Part shown: piece after piece, positions 1-9,494 of the stretch | Numbering within the stretch: the first letter of the stretch is position 1 | Layout of the letters: every line of letters starts with the position of its first letter | Origin: an uncultured Clostridia bacterium | GTDB taxonomy: Bacteria; Bacillota; Clostridia; Christensenellales; CAG-138 | Assembly (NCBI GenBank): GCA_937915925.1 | Contig: CALGGM010000178.1 | Location: 18,174 to 82,173, forward strand | DNA length: 64,000 nucleotides | Direction: 5' to 3' | Notes under the pieces: generated by a model | Databases searched by the model: none | Told to the model about the DNA's origin: nothing | Seen by the model: the letters and a program-made list of their open reading frames with translations, nothing else | Translations under genes and position numbers: made by a program

Positions 1-1
1 C

Positions 2-652
2 CTGCTGCCTTCACCCAAAACGGTTTTCTCCGCCTGCGTGCAGATTTTAAGCTCGTCAGCCGGATGGAAAACCATCGGCGCGTCGCTTCTGCGTATCCTC
101 TCCGGGTATCTTCTCGGATGCCTGTTCGGCGTTCTGCTCGCGGTTCTGACTGCAAGATTCAAGACGCTGAACTGGATGCTTTCGCCGCTGCGCTCGCTGA
201 TCAAAACGACGCCGATCACATCCTTTGCGCTGATCCTTTTGATCTCGGTGGTATCCAACGTCGTCCCCGTTCTGGTTGCAATGATCGTTGTGATCCCCAT
301 GATCTGGAAAACGACGGAGGAGGCGATCCTCGGGCTCGATCCGCAGCTCGATGAAATGGCGAACGTCTACTTCCGTCCGTTCAAAAAAATGTATTACGTC
401 GAGCTTCCGCAGATCCTTCCGCACTTTTTCGCCGCGGCATCGACCGCGCTCGGCTTTGCTTGGAAAGCCGTGATCACGGCGGAGATCCTTTCGCTGCCGA
501 AGCTCGGCATTGGCAGACAGATGCAAAACGATAAGCTGTATCTCGACATACCCGAGCTGTTTGCGTGGACGCTTCTCGTGATCCTGTTCTCGGTCTGCGT
601 CGAAGCCCTTCTGAAGCTCGCGCTGAAACGGGCAGGGAGGAGGACCCTATGA
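2..652 (+). CDS. ABC transporter permease, SsuC/TauC (nitrate/sulfonate/taurine) type; 5' end cut by window edge
   Basis: Frame stays open to nt 2 upstream of the listed M at 38 (LLPSPKTVFSAC...). Polytopic hydrophobic protein with the binding-protein-dependent permease loop EEAILGLDPQLDEMANVY...VELPQILP. Its stop overlaps the ATG of the next gene (ATGA). Confidence 0.8.
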   Translation: MLPSPKTVFSACVQILSSSAGWKTIGASLLRILSGYLLGCLFGVLLAVLTARFKTLNWMLSPLRSLIKTTPITSFALILLISVVSNVVPVLVAMIVVIPMIWKTTEEAILGLDPQLDEMANVYFRPFKKMYYVELPQILPHFFAAASTALGFAWKAVITAEILSLPKLGIGRQMQNDKLYLDIPELFAWTLLVILFSVCVEALLKLALKRAGRRTL

Positions 653-1200
653 TCACCTTGGAAAAACTGACCGTCAGATTCGAAGATAAAACTGTTTTCG
701 ATAACAAAACCTTTTCGCTTCCGGACGATGGAATCGTCCTTCTGACCGGCGAATCCGGCATCGGCAAGACTACGCTGCTTCGCGTGATCTGCGGGCTTCT
801 GAAGCCGGATGCGGGAACGGTCAAAGGAATTGACGGACGGAAGATCTCCTTCGCCTTTCAGGAACCGCGTCTGCTCGGACACCTGACCGCGCTGGAAAAC
901 GTATCCCTTGTTTCGGATCGGAGCACGGCGCTTCGGCTGCTTACTGCGCTCAATATGGAGCAGGAACGGAACGAGCTTTGCGACCACCTGTCCGGTGGGC
1001 AGAAGCAGCGCGTGTCACTTGCCCGCGCGTTCGCGTTTTCCGACGATATTGTTCTGCTTGACGAGCCGTTCACCGGCCTCGATGAGGAAAACAGGAAGCG
1101 CGCCGCCGATCTGATCAAAACCGCAAGGCTCGCGATCGTCGTCACGCACGACCCTTCCGACGCCGAATTGCTGCATACGAATACGAAAATCCTTTTATAA
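649..1200 (+). CDS. ABC transporter ATP-binding protein
   Basis: Start moved from ORF-track 565 to ATG 649 (GGGAGGAGG RBS at 635-643, ATGA overlap with permease stop). Walker A GESGIGKTT, signature LSGGQKQR, Walker B IVLLDEP, H-loop THD. Confidence 0.9.
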   Translation: MITLEKLTVRFEDKTVFDNKTFSLPDDGIVLLTGESGIGKTTLLRVICGLLKPDAGTVKGIDGRKISFAFQEPRLLGHLTALENVSLVSDRSTALRLLTALNMEQERNELCDHLSGGQKQRVSLARAFAFSDDIVLLDEPFTGLDEENRKRAADLIKTARLAIVVTHDPSDAELLHTNTKILL

Positions 1201-1238
1201 AACGTTCGAAAACCAACTTTGGTCTTTACGAACGTTTT
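1199..1238 (+). terminator. Hairpin terminator candidate after the ABC operon
   Basis: AAAACGTTCG...CGAACGTTTT 10-bp stem (inner ACCA/TGGT pairing) starting at the stop codon, followed by CCTATTT. The U-tract is partly inside the stem. Confidence 0.45.
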
Positions 1239-1279
1239 CCTATTTGATATACTGATACAAAATCATGGATTACATGATT
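1225..1279 (+). promoter_or_regulatory. Candidate sigma-A promoter plus downstream inverted repeat (possible operator) of hydrolase gene
   Basis: TTTACG-N17-TATACT (1225-1253), then AATCATG-GATTA-CATGATT (1261-1279) around the expected transcription start. Confidence 0.35.
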
Positions 1280-1319
1280 GTAGAAAACATGAAAATCTTT
1301 AAGGAAGGGATACAAGAAA

Positions 1320-2243
1320 ATGAAGCAGGAGTTTTACTTTCCCTCAAAAGACGGACTGACGCAGATTCATGCAATAGAATGGATTCCGGAAAATGACGTG
1401 CGTGGCGTTTTACAGATAGCGCATGGCATGGTTGAGTTCATCGACCGCTATGATCGGTTTGCATCGTTTATGGCTTCACAGGGATTCTATGTCGTAGGAA
1501 ACGATCACCTTGGTCACGGAAAATCCGTTACAGATGAAACACAGTTGGGCTATTTTGCGAAACATGACGGAAACTTCTGCGTTCTCGGAGATATGCAGCA
1601 GCTTCGGGAAGATACGCAGAAAAAATATCCGGATATCCCGTATTTCATTCTCGGGCACAGCATGGGATCTTTCCTAACGCGACAGTTTATTGAGAAGTTC
1701 GGAGAAGGACTCAAAGGCGCGATCATCATGGGGACAGGGTATCAGCCGATGTCAACGCTGGATCTCGGAATCGCTCTTACTGCAGTGTTCCAGCAGGCAA
1801 GAGGCGGACACTACCGCAGCAGCACGATCAATAATACCGCGCTGGGTTCTTACAACGCTAAGTTTGAGCCGGGCCGTACAAAAAACGACTGGCTGACCAG
1901 AGACGAGGCGATTGTCGACGCCTATGAAGCCAATCCGCTCAATCAGTTCATGTTTACCGTTAATGGATACTATAATTTGTTTCGCGGAATTCGCTATGCC
2001 CAGCGTCAAGTAAACCTCGACAAGATTCCCAAGGATTTGCCGATCCTTGTTGTGTCCGGCGCCAACGACCCGGTCGGAGAATTCGGTAAAGGACCGAAAA
2101 TTGTGGCGGAAAAGTATCGTGAGACCGGCATCAAAGATATAACGCTTAAGCTATTCCCGGACGATCGCCATGAAATTCTGAATGAGCTCGATAAAGAGAC
2201 GGTGGATCGGTATCTGCTTGATTGGATCGAAGCACGTATGTAA
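1320..2243 (+). CDS. alpha/beta hydrolase (lysophospholipase / monoacylglycerol lipase-like)
   Basis: HGMVEFIDRY...GHGKS oxyanion region and nucleophile elbow GHSMGS. AAGGAAGGG RBS upstream. Confidence 0.85.
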   Translation: MKQEFYFPSKDGLTQIHAIEWIPENDVRGVLQIAHGMVEFIDRYDRFASFMASQGFYVVGNDHLGHGKSVTDETQLGYFAKHDGNFCVLGDMQQLREDTQKKYPDIPYFILGHSMGSFLTRQFIEKFGEGLKGAIIMGTGYQPMSTLDLGIALTAVFQQARGGHYRSSTINNTALGSYNAKFEPGRTKNDWLTRDEAIVDAYEANPLNQFMFTVNGYYNLFRGIRYAQRQVNLDKIPKDLPILVVSGANDPVGEFGKGPKIVAEKYRETGIKDITLKLFPDDRHEILNELDKETVDRYLLDWIEARM

Positions 2244-2318
2244 ACTGCATTTGTCCGGGCGGAGAACAGAAGTTTTCAACCGATACGCGCAGATAATGAC
2301 AGGCAACAAACCTTTTTC

Positions 2319-2347
2319 TTGCACTTTTCTCGCATATGTGTTATAAT
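2319..2347 (+). promoter_or_regulatory. sigma-A-type promoter of second hydrolase operon
   Basis: TTGCAC-N17-TATAAT with TG at -15/-14 (TGTTATAAT). Confidence 0.6.
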
Positions 2348-2377
2348 AATTTATCAGTATTATGCGAGGAAAGGCAA

Positions 2378-3316
2378 ATGAGTGTTGTAGTACGGGATAA
2401 AAGGTTCCCATCTTCAACCGGTATCTGTGATGTTAGATACCGAGTTTGGGCGCCGGATAATGCACGCGCGTGCGTGCAGATCATCCACGGTATGTCCGAT
2501 CATATCGAACGCTATCATGACTTTGCTCTGTTCCTTGCGAATAACGGTTTCCTCGTTTTTGGAATGGATCTTCCGGGGCATGGTAAGTCCGTCGGCAAGG
2601 ATCAGCCGAAGGGCTATTTCGGAGAGAAAGACGGTTGGGATCATCTGATTCAGGATAATGAAACAATGCATGATGCCGTGATGAAGGATCATCCTTCCGT
2701 AGCCTGCATCCTGTTCGGACATTCGACGGGCAGTCTCATTGCAAGATCCTATGCGGGACGAATGGGCGTCGATTTTGACGCATTCATTTTCTCGGGAGTA
2801 TCCGGTGCAAATCCGATGGTTCCGTTCGCAAAATTGCTTGCCAAAACCGCTGTCAAAAAGGGCAAGGGGAAGATTCCGAATGAAAAGCTTACCAAGCTCA
2901 TCTTAGGATCTTACAACAAAAAATACAAAGACGCAAGGACAAGCTTCGATTGGCTTTCCCGTGACACGGCTTCCGTGGATCGCTATGTGGAAGATCCGCT
3001 GTGCGGCTTTTCGCTCACCTCCTATGCGTTCCTTGATTTGTTCACGGGCTTAACTGAGGTCTCCAACCTAAACTGGGCAAAACGCGTGCCGAACCGTCCT
3101 GTTTTTCTGCTCTCCGGCTCGAACGATCCCGCAGGCAATATGGGCAAGGGCGTCAAGCAGATCAATCAATGGCTTGTTAAGAGCGGGCATCAGGTTGAGA
3201 TGAAACTTTATCCGGAAGGACGGCACGAAATGCTGAACGAAACCAATCGAAAAGAAGTCTACAATGATATTCAATTATTCTTGGAGACGGTCTGTACGGC
3301 AGGTGAAATCGAATGA
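2378..3316 (+). CDS. alpha/beta hydrolase, paralogue of 1320-2243
   Basis: Start moved to ATG 2378 (GAGGAAAGG RBS). HGMSDHIERY...GHGKS and GHSTGS elbow, with the same layout as the upstream paralogue. Confidence 0.85.
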   Translation: MSVVVRDKRFPSSTGICDVRYRVWAPDNARACVQIIHGMSDHIERYHDFALFLANNGFLVFGMDLPGHGKSVGKDQPKGYFGEKDGWDHLIQDNETMHDAVMKDHPSVACILFGHSTGSLIARSYAGRMGVDFDAFIFSGVSGANPMVPFAKLLAKTAVKKGKGKIPNEKLTKLILGSYNKKYKDARTSFDWLSRDTASVDRYVEDPLCGFSLTSYAFLDLFTGLTEVSNLNWAKRVPNRPVFLLSGSNDPAGNMGKGVKQINQWLVKSGHQVEMKLYPEGRHEMLNETNRKEVYNDIQLFLETVCTAGEIE

Positions 3317-4005
3317 GTATTCTGATCTACCCGGATGCAAAAACAGTCGGCGCGGCGTCGGCAACGCTGCTCGCGGCTCATATGCTTTCTGATCCCTGCT
3401 GCGTCATCGGCGTGGATTATCACGAGACGCTGCTGCCGGTTTACGATTCGCTTTCCGCGATGACGGAGAACGGTCTTTTGAACTGGGGCGAAGCGCAGAT
3501 CTTTCAACTGTTCGAGTTTCTGCCGGATGAGAGCGGAGAACAGCGGATCGCAAATCTTCTCGGGAAATCCTTCTTTGCGAAGACGGACATTTCGGAACAG
3601 CAGTATTCCGTTCCGTTTTCGACGGAGCTAACTCCGGAAAAGACCGCGGAAACGTTCGAGCGCGCCATGCTCCAAAAGGGCGGGCTGGACGCGGCGCTTG
3701 TCGCGGTCCGGCAGGACGGATCGCTTCTGATGAACCGAAGCTATCAGAACAAAACGGAAACGCACGTGGAAACGGTCGACGGCGATTCCTTTATCACGGC
3801 GGGTCTGAGCGCGCTGATGCAGGCAAAGCATCCGATCGTCGTCGCAATCGGCGATAACGCTGCGCCCGCGGTAAGAACGATGCTGTCCGGCAGCCTTGCG
3901 GATTCACCGCTTGCGGCGCTGAGACTGCATCCGAACGTAACGTTTATTATGGATGAAGCGGCTTCGAAGCTGCTCTCATCCGATGATGGAATAGAATTGA
4001 GATAA
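3313..4005 (+). CDS. NagB/Pgl-family (glucosamine-6-P deaminase / 6-phosphogluconolactonase-like) protein with degenerate catalytic motifs
   Basis: ATGA overlap with the upstream hydrolase. Overall NagB-like layout, but the motif positions read [17 protein letters not shown] and [10 protein letters not shown] instead of GxxTGxTP, xMDEY and DGHxAFNEP. Confidence 0.6.
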   Translation: MSILIYPDAKTVGAASATLLAAHMLSDPCCVIGVDYHETLLPVYDSLSAMTENGLLNWGEAQIFQLFEFLPDESGEQRIANLLGKSFFAKTDISEQQYSVPFSTELTPEKTAETFERAMLQKGGLDAALVAVRQDGSLLMNRSYQNKTETHVETVDGDSFITAGLSALMQAKHPIVVAIGDNAAPAVRTMLSGSLADSPLAALRLHPNVTFIMDEAASKLLSSDDGIELR

Positions 4006-4021
4006 TGTAGGAGGAAACACC

Positions 4022-4762
4022 ATGTCCGGACATTCTAAGTGGGCAAACATCAAAAACAAAAAGGAAAAAACCGACGCACAAAAGGGTAAGATATTTACGA
4101 AGATCGGTCGTGAGATCGCGATCGCGGTCAAAGAGGGCGGCGGCGCGGATCCTGCGAACAACTCGAAGCTGCGCGACGTCATCGCAAAGGCAAAGGCTGC
4201 CAACATGCCGAACGACAATATTGCCCGTTCGATCAAGAAGGCAAGCGGCGACGGCAGTGCTGTTGATTACGAAGAGGTCGTATACGAAGGCTACGGCCCA
4301 GGCAACATCGCCGTGATCGTCAACGTTCTGACCGACAACCGCAACCGCATCGCTGCGGAGATGCGTCACATCTTCTCGAAGAGCGGCGGCAACATGGGCG
4401 CTTCCGGCTCCGTTGCGTGGATGTTCGACAAGAAGGGCCTTATCGTCATCGAGCGCACCGCGCTGATGGACGAGGACGAGGTCATGATGCAGGCGCTTGA
4501 CGCGGGGGCGGAAGACTTCGTAGCACAGGACGACGTGTTCGAGGTCTACACCTCGCCGACGGATTTCTCGACCGTTCGCGAAGGTCTTGAAGCGCAGGGC
4601 TTTACGTTCCTGTCCGCGGAGATCGGTCAGATCCCGAAGAACACGACCAACATCGACGATCCCGAAACGATCGAAAAGATCGAGCGCTTCCTTGAGCGCA
4701 TGGACGACAACGACGACGTGCAGGAAGTCTTCCATAACGGCGTTTGGGAAGAAAAAGAATAA
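4022..4762 (+). CDS. yebC: YebC/PmpR family DNA-binding transcriptional regulator
   Basis: Canonical N-terminus [32 protein letters not shown] and typical length of 246 aa. GGAGGA RBS. Confidence 0.95.
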   Translation: MSGHSKWANIKNKKEKTDAQKGKIFTKIGREIAIAVKEGGGADPANNSKLRDVIAKAKAANMPNDNIARSIKKASGDGSAVDYEEVVYEGYGPGNIAVIVNVLTDNRNRIAAEMRHIFSKSGGNMGASGSVAWMFDKKGLIVIERTALMDEDEVMMQALDAGAEDFVAQDDVFEVYTSPTDFSTVREGLEAQGFTFLSAEIGQIPKNTTNIDDPETIEKIERFLERMDDNDDVQEVFHNGVWEEKE

Positions 4763-4812
4763 TCATAGCTTACGGAAAGTAAGTTTTAAAGAATAGCAAA
4801 GGAGGCTCTATC

Positions 4813-5169
4813 ATGGCGATTGCTGTCGCAAACGAGATGGGGACCGTAACCATTTCGGAGGATTTGATTGCAACGATTGCTGGATATGCTGCGGTGGAAA
4901 ACTACGGCATCGTCGGTATGTGCGCGCGCAGCGCAGGGGACGCGATCGTTGAGCTGTTCGGTAAGGAAAATCTGCAGAAGGGCGTTCTCGTCGAGAAGGT
5001 CAGCGACGGACAGGTCGATATTACGCTGCATGTCGCGCTTCAGTACGGCGTTTCTTTGCCTGCGGTATCACAGAACACAAAGCAAAACGTACGTTATCGG
5101 ATTGAGGATATGACCGGTGTTTCGGTTCGCTGCGTGAATATCTTTGTGGAAAGTATTCGCGTTCAGTAA
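4813..5169 (+). CDS. Asp23/Gls24 family envelope stress protein (YloU-like)
   Basis: GTVTISEDLIATIAGYAAVENYGIVGM is typical of Asp23. Conserved position upstream of yloV-recG. AAAGGAGG RBS. Confidence 0.9.
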   Translation: MAIAVANEMGTVTISEDLIATIAGYAAVENYGIVGMCARSAGDAIVELFGKENLQKGVLVEKVSDGQVDITLHVALQYGVSLPAVSQNTKQNVRYRIEDMTGVSVRCVNIFVESIRVQ

Positions 5170-5193
5170 AGCGAAATTCGGAGGGTTTGAGCA

Positions 5194-6852
5194 TTGGACA
5201 TTCAGAACATCAACGGCGCGCTGTTAAGGGATATGTTTCTCGGCGGCGCAGCCAATCTTGAAAAAAACAAAGCATATATCGATTCGTTAAACGTTTTCCC
5301 CGTTCCGGACGGCGATACGGGTACGAACATGTCCATGACGATGCAGGGTGCGGTGAAGGAGCTTCGCGCGATGCCCGACACCGTCTCGGTCGGCGAAGTC
5401 ATGGATGCAGTCTCCATCGGCGCTTTGAAGAACGCGCGCGGCAATTCCGGCGTTATTCTTTCCCAGCTGTTCCGCGGCTATCAGCAGGTTTGCAAGGGAC
5501 AGAGCGAGATCGACGTCCCGATGCTTGCCGACGCGTTTGAAAAGGGAACGAACGCCGCCTATAAAGCGGTCCTCCGTCCGAAAGAGGGCACGATCCTTAC
5601 GGTTTCCCGCATGATCTCGCAGGCGTGCGCCGCGCTCGTCAAGAAGCAGAGAGTTTCGCTTGACGAATTCATGGAAACCGTGCTGAGCGTCGGTCAGGAA
5701 GCGCTCGACGATACGCCGAACCTTCTGCCGGTGCTGAAGGAAGCGGGCGTTGTGGACAGCGGCGGATACGGCCTTCTGACCGTGTATCGCGGCTTCAAGG
5801 CGGTCCTTTCCGGCGAAGAGATCCTCGAAACCGCGGAAGAACCGGAGAAGGAGCCGGAAACAGTCGAGGAATCCGACGAGGGGGCAAATCTCGATCATTT
5901 CTCCACCGAGGATATCGAGTTCGGCTACTGCACGGAGTTCTTTATCGTCCGTTTGGTAGAAGGATTCTCGGAGCAGGATCTCGAAACGCTGCGCGACCAT
6001 CTCGTTGAGGTCGGCGACTCCGTCGTCGTCGCGGCGGGCGACGACTTCGTGAAGGTCCACGTCCATTCGAACTGCCCGGGCGACATTCTCCAGTACGCCA
6101 TGCAGTACGGCGAGCTCGACCGCATGAAGATCGAAAACATGCGTGAGCAGAACCGCCAGCTGATCGAGAAGAAAAAGCGCAACGAGAAGGAATTCGGTCT
6201 GATCGCGGTCAGCGCAGGCGACGGCATCGACGAGATCTTCCGCAACTTCTCCGTGGATCGCATCATCTCCGGAGGACAGACGATGAACCCGAGCATCGAT
6301 ACGATCGTCAACGCGGTCGGACAGTGCAACGCGCGGAACGTCTTTGTGCTTCCGAACAATTCCAACATCATTCTTGCGGCGCAGCAGGCGCAGAACCTTT
6401 GCGCGTGCAACGTCATCGTGCTTCCGACCAAAACGATCCCGCAGGGCATTGCGGCGGCAATGGCGTTCAATCCGGATCTGTCGGTCGATGAGAACCGCGA
6501 CAACATGCAGGACGCGGTGAACGATATCGTTTCCGGCTCCGTGACGTACGCGGTGCGCGAGACGCATTACAACGGCAACGACATCAAGGAAGGCGACATC
6601 ATCGGCATCGTCGACAACGACATCGCGGCGGTCACGCCTTCGGTGAACGAGACCGTGAAGGAGATCGTCACCAAGATGATCGAAAAACGCGACATCGACG
6701 ACCCGATCGTGAACCTGTACTTCGGCGACGCGGTCGAAGAGGACGACGCGGTCGCGCTTTCGGAAGAGCTGCAGGAGCAGTTCGAGGAAGTCGAATTCAT
6801 CGTGGCACGCGGCGGTCAGCCATTGTACTATTACTACCTTTCCGTTGAATAA
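5194..6852 (+). CDS. DAK2 domain-containing protein (YloV family)
   Basis: TTG start 8 nt after GGAGGG. Dak2 phosphate-loop DGDTGTNM. 552 aa with asp23-yloV-recG synteny. Confidence 0.9.
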   Translation: MDIQNINGALLRDMFLGGAANLEKNKAYIDSLNVFPVPDGDTGTNMSMTMQGAVKELRAMPDTVSVGEVMDAVSIGALKNARGNSGVILSQLFRGYQQVCKGQSEIDVPMLADAFEKGTNAAYKAVLRPKEGTILTVSRMISQACAALVKKQRVSLDEFMETVLSVGQEALDDTPNLLPVLKEAGVVDSGGYGLLTVYRGFKAVLSGEEILETAEEPEKEPETVEESDEGANLDHFSTEDIEFGYCTEFFIVRLVEGFSEQDLETLRDHLVEVGDSVVVAAGDDFVKVHVHSNCPGDILQYAMQYGELDRMKIENMREQNRQLIEKKKRNEKEFGLIAVSAGDGIDEIFRNFSVDRIISGGQTMNPSIDTIVNAVGQCNARNVFVLPNNSNIILAAQQAQNLCACNVIVLPTKTIPQGIAAAMAFNPDLSVDENRDNMQDAVNDIVSGSVTYAVRETHYNGNDIKEGDIIGIVDNDIAAVTPSVNETVKEIVTKMIEKRDIDDPIVNLYFGDAVEEDDAVALSEELQEQFEEVEFIVARGGQPLYYYYLSVE

Positions 6853-6858
6853 CGGATC

Positions 6859-6883
6859 AGCCGCCGAACAGGGCGGCTTTTTT
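6859..6883 (+). terminator. Intrinsic terminator after yloV
   Basis: AGCCGCC-gaacag-GGCGGCT followed by TTTTTT. Confidence 0.7.
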
Positions 6884-6884
6884 A

Positions 6885-8873
6885 TTGATGGAGCTTTCTG
6901 ACTTAAAGGGGATCGGACCGAAGCGCCTTGCGCTGTTCGCCGAGCTGGATATTCATACGCCCGAGGATCTTCTGCGGTTTTACCCGCGGGAGTATTTGGA
7001 CTATACGCATTCGCGCGAGATCCGCACCCTTTCGGAAGGCGAGCGCGCGACTGTCAAGGTGACCGCGCTCGGCGATCCGACCGTCTTTTATAACAAGGGA
7101 AAGTATATCGTGTCACTCCGCGTTTCGGACGGAACCGGAAAAGCAACGCTTCGGTGGATGAATCAGCCGTATCGGATGAACCAGTTTCACACCGGCGAGA
7201 CCTTTTTCGCAAACGGGATCGTATCGGAAAAGCGCGGGACCGTTCTGTATAACCCGCAGATCAACCGCACAAACGGAGGAATCGTTCCGATCTATGCAAG
7301 CGTCAAGGGCTTGAATCAGTCCCTGATCCGCGAATCGGTCTCCGCCGTTCTGGAGCAGACTGCGCTGTATGAGCTCCTGCCGGACGAATGGCTGAAGCGC
7401 TATGAACTGATGGACTACCGCGCGGCGGTGAAGGAAGCGCATCAGCCAACCTCCTTGGAACGGCTGAACGCAGCAAAGCGGAGACTTTCGTTCGAGGAAG
7501 CCTTCCTGTATTTTACCGCGATCCGTGCGTTGAAGGCGGACCGGAAGCGCAGAAACGGCTTTGCGTTTCAAACGGAAAATGCGCTTGCGGACTTTTTGCG
7601 CTCGACGCCGTTTGTGCCGACGGACGCGCAGCTGCGCGTCATGCGGGAAATCGAGGCGGATATGCGTTCCGATGCGCCGATGAATCGGCTGATTCAGGGC
7701 GACGTCGGATCAGGCAAGACGCTGATCGCGGAGTTTGCGCTGTCGGTTGCCGTGAAGAACGGCAAGCAGGGCGTTTTGCTTGCGCCGACGGAGCTGCTTG
7801 CGGAGCAGCATCAAAGAACGCTGCAAAGGCGTTTTCCGGACGTCTGCCTGTTTGTCGGCAACCTGAAAGCAAAGGACAAGCGCGCGCTTTTGGAACGGAT
7901 CCAAAGCGGCGACGCGTCCGTCATCATCGGGACGCACGCGCTGCTTTCGGAAAATGTATTGTTCCGAGATCTCGGACTTGTCGTAACGGATGAGCAGCAC
8001 CGATTCGGCGTTGTACAGCGCGCAAAGATCGAGGCAAAGGGGACAAGACCGGACGTACTCGTCATGTCGGCGACGCCGATCCCGCGAACGCTGGCGCTTT
8101 TGATTTACGCGGATCTCGATCTGTCTGTGATCGATGCGCTGCCGCCGGGTAGAAAGCCGATCAAAACGTATTTTGTGCCGCACAACAGGCGTACGGACCT
8201 TTATCGGCATCTTGCGGAGCATGCGAAAAACGGTGAACGCGCCTATGTCGTTTGCCCGCTGATCGAACCGACGGAAGGCTTTGAGGGGCTTTCGATCGAA
8301 GAGATGGAAACCGAGCTCCGTGCGATGCTTCCGGACGCTTCGATCGGAATCCTGCACGGGCAGATGCCGGAGACGCAGAAGCATGCCGTCATGCAGGCAT
8401 TTCGCGACGGCGACGTCTCAATCCTCCTTTCGACCACGGTCGTCGAGGTCGGCGTGGACGTTCCGCAGGCGACCGCAATGGTGATCGAGGGCGCGGATCA
8501 TTTCGGACTTGCGACGTTGCATCAGCTGCGCGGCAGAGTGGGCAGGGGAGATGTACAGTCCAATTGCTATCTTCTTTGCAAGAATCCGAGCGAGCACGCC
8601 CGTGAGCGGATCGAAGCAATGCTGTCGAGCAGCAATGGATTCGAGATCGCGCAACGCGATTATGAGATCCGCGGCAGCGGCGATCTGTTCGGCGTCAGAC
8701 AGAGCGGGGACGGGGAGATGAACGGGATCCTGTCCGGCTGCACGGCGGAGATCATCGAAACGGCTTCCGCCGCGGCAAACGAGGTATTCAATCTGCCGAC
8801 GGTGCAGTATAATGTGCTTCTGAAGGAAGCGGTCGACCGCTATCGGTTTTTAAGCAATATCTCGCATAACTGA
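6885..8873 (+). CDS. recG: ATP-dependent DNA helicase RecG
   Basis: Walker A GDVGSGKT, DEQH box VVTDEQHRFGV, motif VI QLRGRVGRG. Start is ambiguous (TTG 6885 or ATG 6888) and there is no clear RBS. Confidence 0.95.
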   Translation: MMELSDLKGIGPKRLALFAELDIHTPEDLLRFYPREYLDYTHSREIRTLSEGERATVKVTALGDPTVFYNKGKYIVSLRVSDGTGKATLRWMNQPYRMNQFHTGETFFANGIVSEKRGTVLYNPQINRTNGGIVPIYASVKGLNQSLIRESVSAVLEQTALYELLPDEWLKRYELMDYRAAVKEAHQPTSLERLNAAKRRLSFEEAFLYFTAIRALKADRKRRNGFAFQTENALADFLRSTPFVPTDAQLRVMREIEADMRSDAPMNRLIQGDVGSGKTLIAEFALSVAVKNGKQGVLLAPTELLAEQHQRTLQRRFPDVCLFVGNLKAKDKRALLERIQSGDASVIIGTHALLSENVLFRDLGLVVTDEQHRFGVVQRAKIEAKGTRPDVLVMSATPIPRTLALLIYADLDLSVIDALPPGRKPIKTYFVPHNRRTDLYRHLAEHAKNGERAYVVCPLIEPTEGFEGLSIEEMETELRAMLPDASIGILHGQMPETQKHAVMQAFRDGDVSILLSTTVVEVGVDVPQATAMVIEGADHFGLATLHQLRGRVGRGDVQSNCYLLCKNPSEHARERIEAMLSSSNGFEIAQRDYEIRGSGDLFGVRQSGDGEMNGILSGCTAEIIETASAAANEVFNLPTVQYNVLLKEAVDRYRFLSNISHN

Positions 8874-8874
8874 T

Positions 8875-8900
8875 AAAATCGCCGGACAATCGGCGATTTT
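8875..8900. terminator. Bidirectional terminator between recG and the SASP genes
   Basis: AAAATCGCCG-gacaat-CGGCGATTTT, a 10-bp stem with A/T runs on both sides. Confidence 0.7.
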
Positions 8901-8916
8901 ATCGGGTTCTTCTCTT

Positions 8917-9129
8917 TTATCTCATCATGGACGAGGTTCCGTTCATGTTGTTCTGTGCGTATGCAATCATGCGCTTGACCATCTCACCGCCGACAGAACC
9001 CGCTTCACGCGAGGACAGGTCGCCGTTGTAGCCCTGTTTCAGATCAACATTCAGGGAATTCGCAACTTCGTACTTGAAGTTCTGAAGAGCCTGCTTGCTC
9101 TCGGGAATCAAAGCACCGTTTCTGCTCAT
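8917..9129 (-). CDS. alpha/beta-type small acid-soluble spore protein
   Basis: KYEVANSLNVDLKQGYNGDLSSREAGSVGGEMVKRMI matches the SASP signature. AAGGAG RBS. Confidence 0.92.
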   Translation of the reverse strand: MSRNGALIPESKQALQNFKYEVANSLNVDLKQGYNGDLSSREAGSVGGEMVKRMIAYAQNNMNGTSSMMR

Positions 9130-9148
9130 TGTTCGTACTCCTTTCTAT

Positions 9149-9340
9149 TTAGTGAAGGTTTTTCTCGGCGTAAGCGATCATGCGCTTCACCATTTCACCG
9201 CCGATACTGCCCGCCTCGCGGGAAGTCAGATCGCCGTTGTAACCCTGCTTCAGATCGATATTCAGAGAGGAAGCAACTTCGCTCTTGAACGACTGCAGCT
9301 TGCCCTTGGATTCGGGGACCGTATTGCTGTTGCGTGCCAT
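9149..9340 (-). CDS. alpha/beta-type small acid-soluble spore protein (tandem paralogue)
   Basis: Start moved to ATG 9340 (AAGGAGG 8 nt upstream). KSEVASSLNIDLKQGYNGDLTSREAGSIGGEMVKRMI. Confidence 0.92.
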   Translation of the reverse strand: MARNSNTVPESKGKLQSFKSEVASSLNIDLKQGYNGDLTSREAGSIGGEMVKRMIAYAEKNLH

Positions 9341-9436
9341 TTGTTTCACCTCCTTAGCAATTTGTTACCCTTAATTTCTGCAAAGTTCGCAAAAGTATGA
9401 ACGGTAAAATATGGTCTCCGGTTCAGAAAACGGTGC

Positions 9437-9465
9437 TTGAATGCTGTATGAAATTGTAGTATAAT
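9437..9465 (+). promoter_or_regulatory. sigma-A-type promoter of the miaB-mutSL operon
   Basis: TTGAAT-N17-TATAAT, 30 nt upstream of the miaB ATG. Confidence 0.65.
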
Positions 9466-9494
9466 AAAATGAAAATTTATGGAGAGAAGATCGA

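Noticed and set aside
565-648. N-terminal extensions in the ORF track. Examples: 565 for the ABC ATPase, 11167 for mutS, 51776 for the GlmL-like gene, 38160 for glyQS, 39512 for recD2, 44229 for tusA, 36613 for trmK, 28156 for thyA, 33983 for the desulfidase-like gene.
   Set aside because: The longest-ORF starts overlap upstream genes, or rnpB, and lack an RBS. Internal ATGs have good Shine-Dalgarno sequences, restore canonical N-termini and often form ATGA overlaps.
4769-4790. Small hairpin CTTAC-ggaaa-GTAAG followed by TTTTA between yebC and asp23.
   Set aside because: A 5-bp AT-rich stem with a short U-tract is too weak to call a terminator with confidence.
9341-9436. SigG-type forespore promoter upstream of the SASP genes.
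   Set aside because: A CATACTT element is present, but I could not find a matching -35 (GnATr) at 17-18 nt. I do not report a promoter I cannot support.
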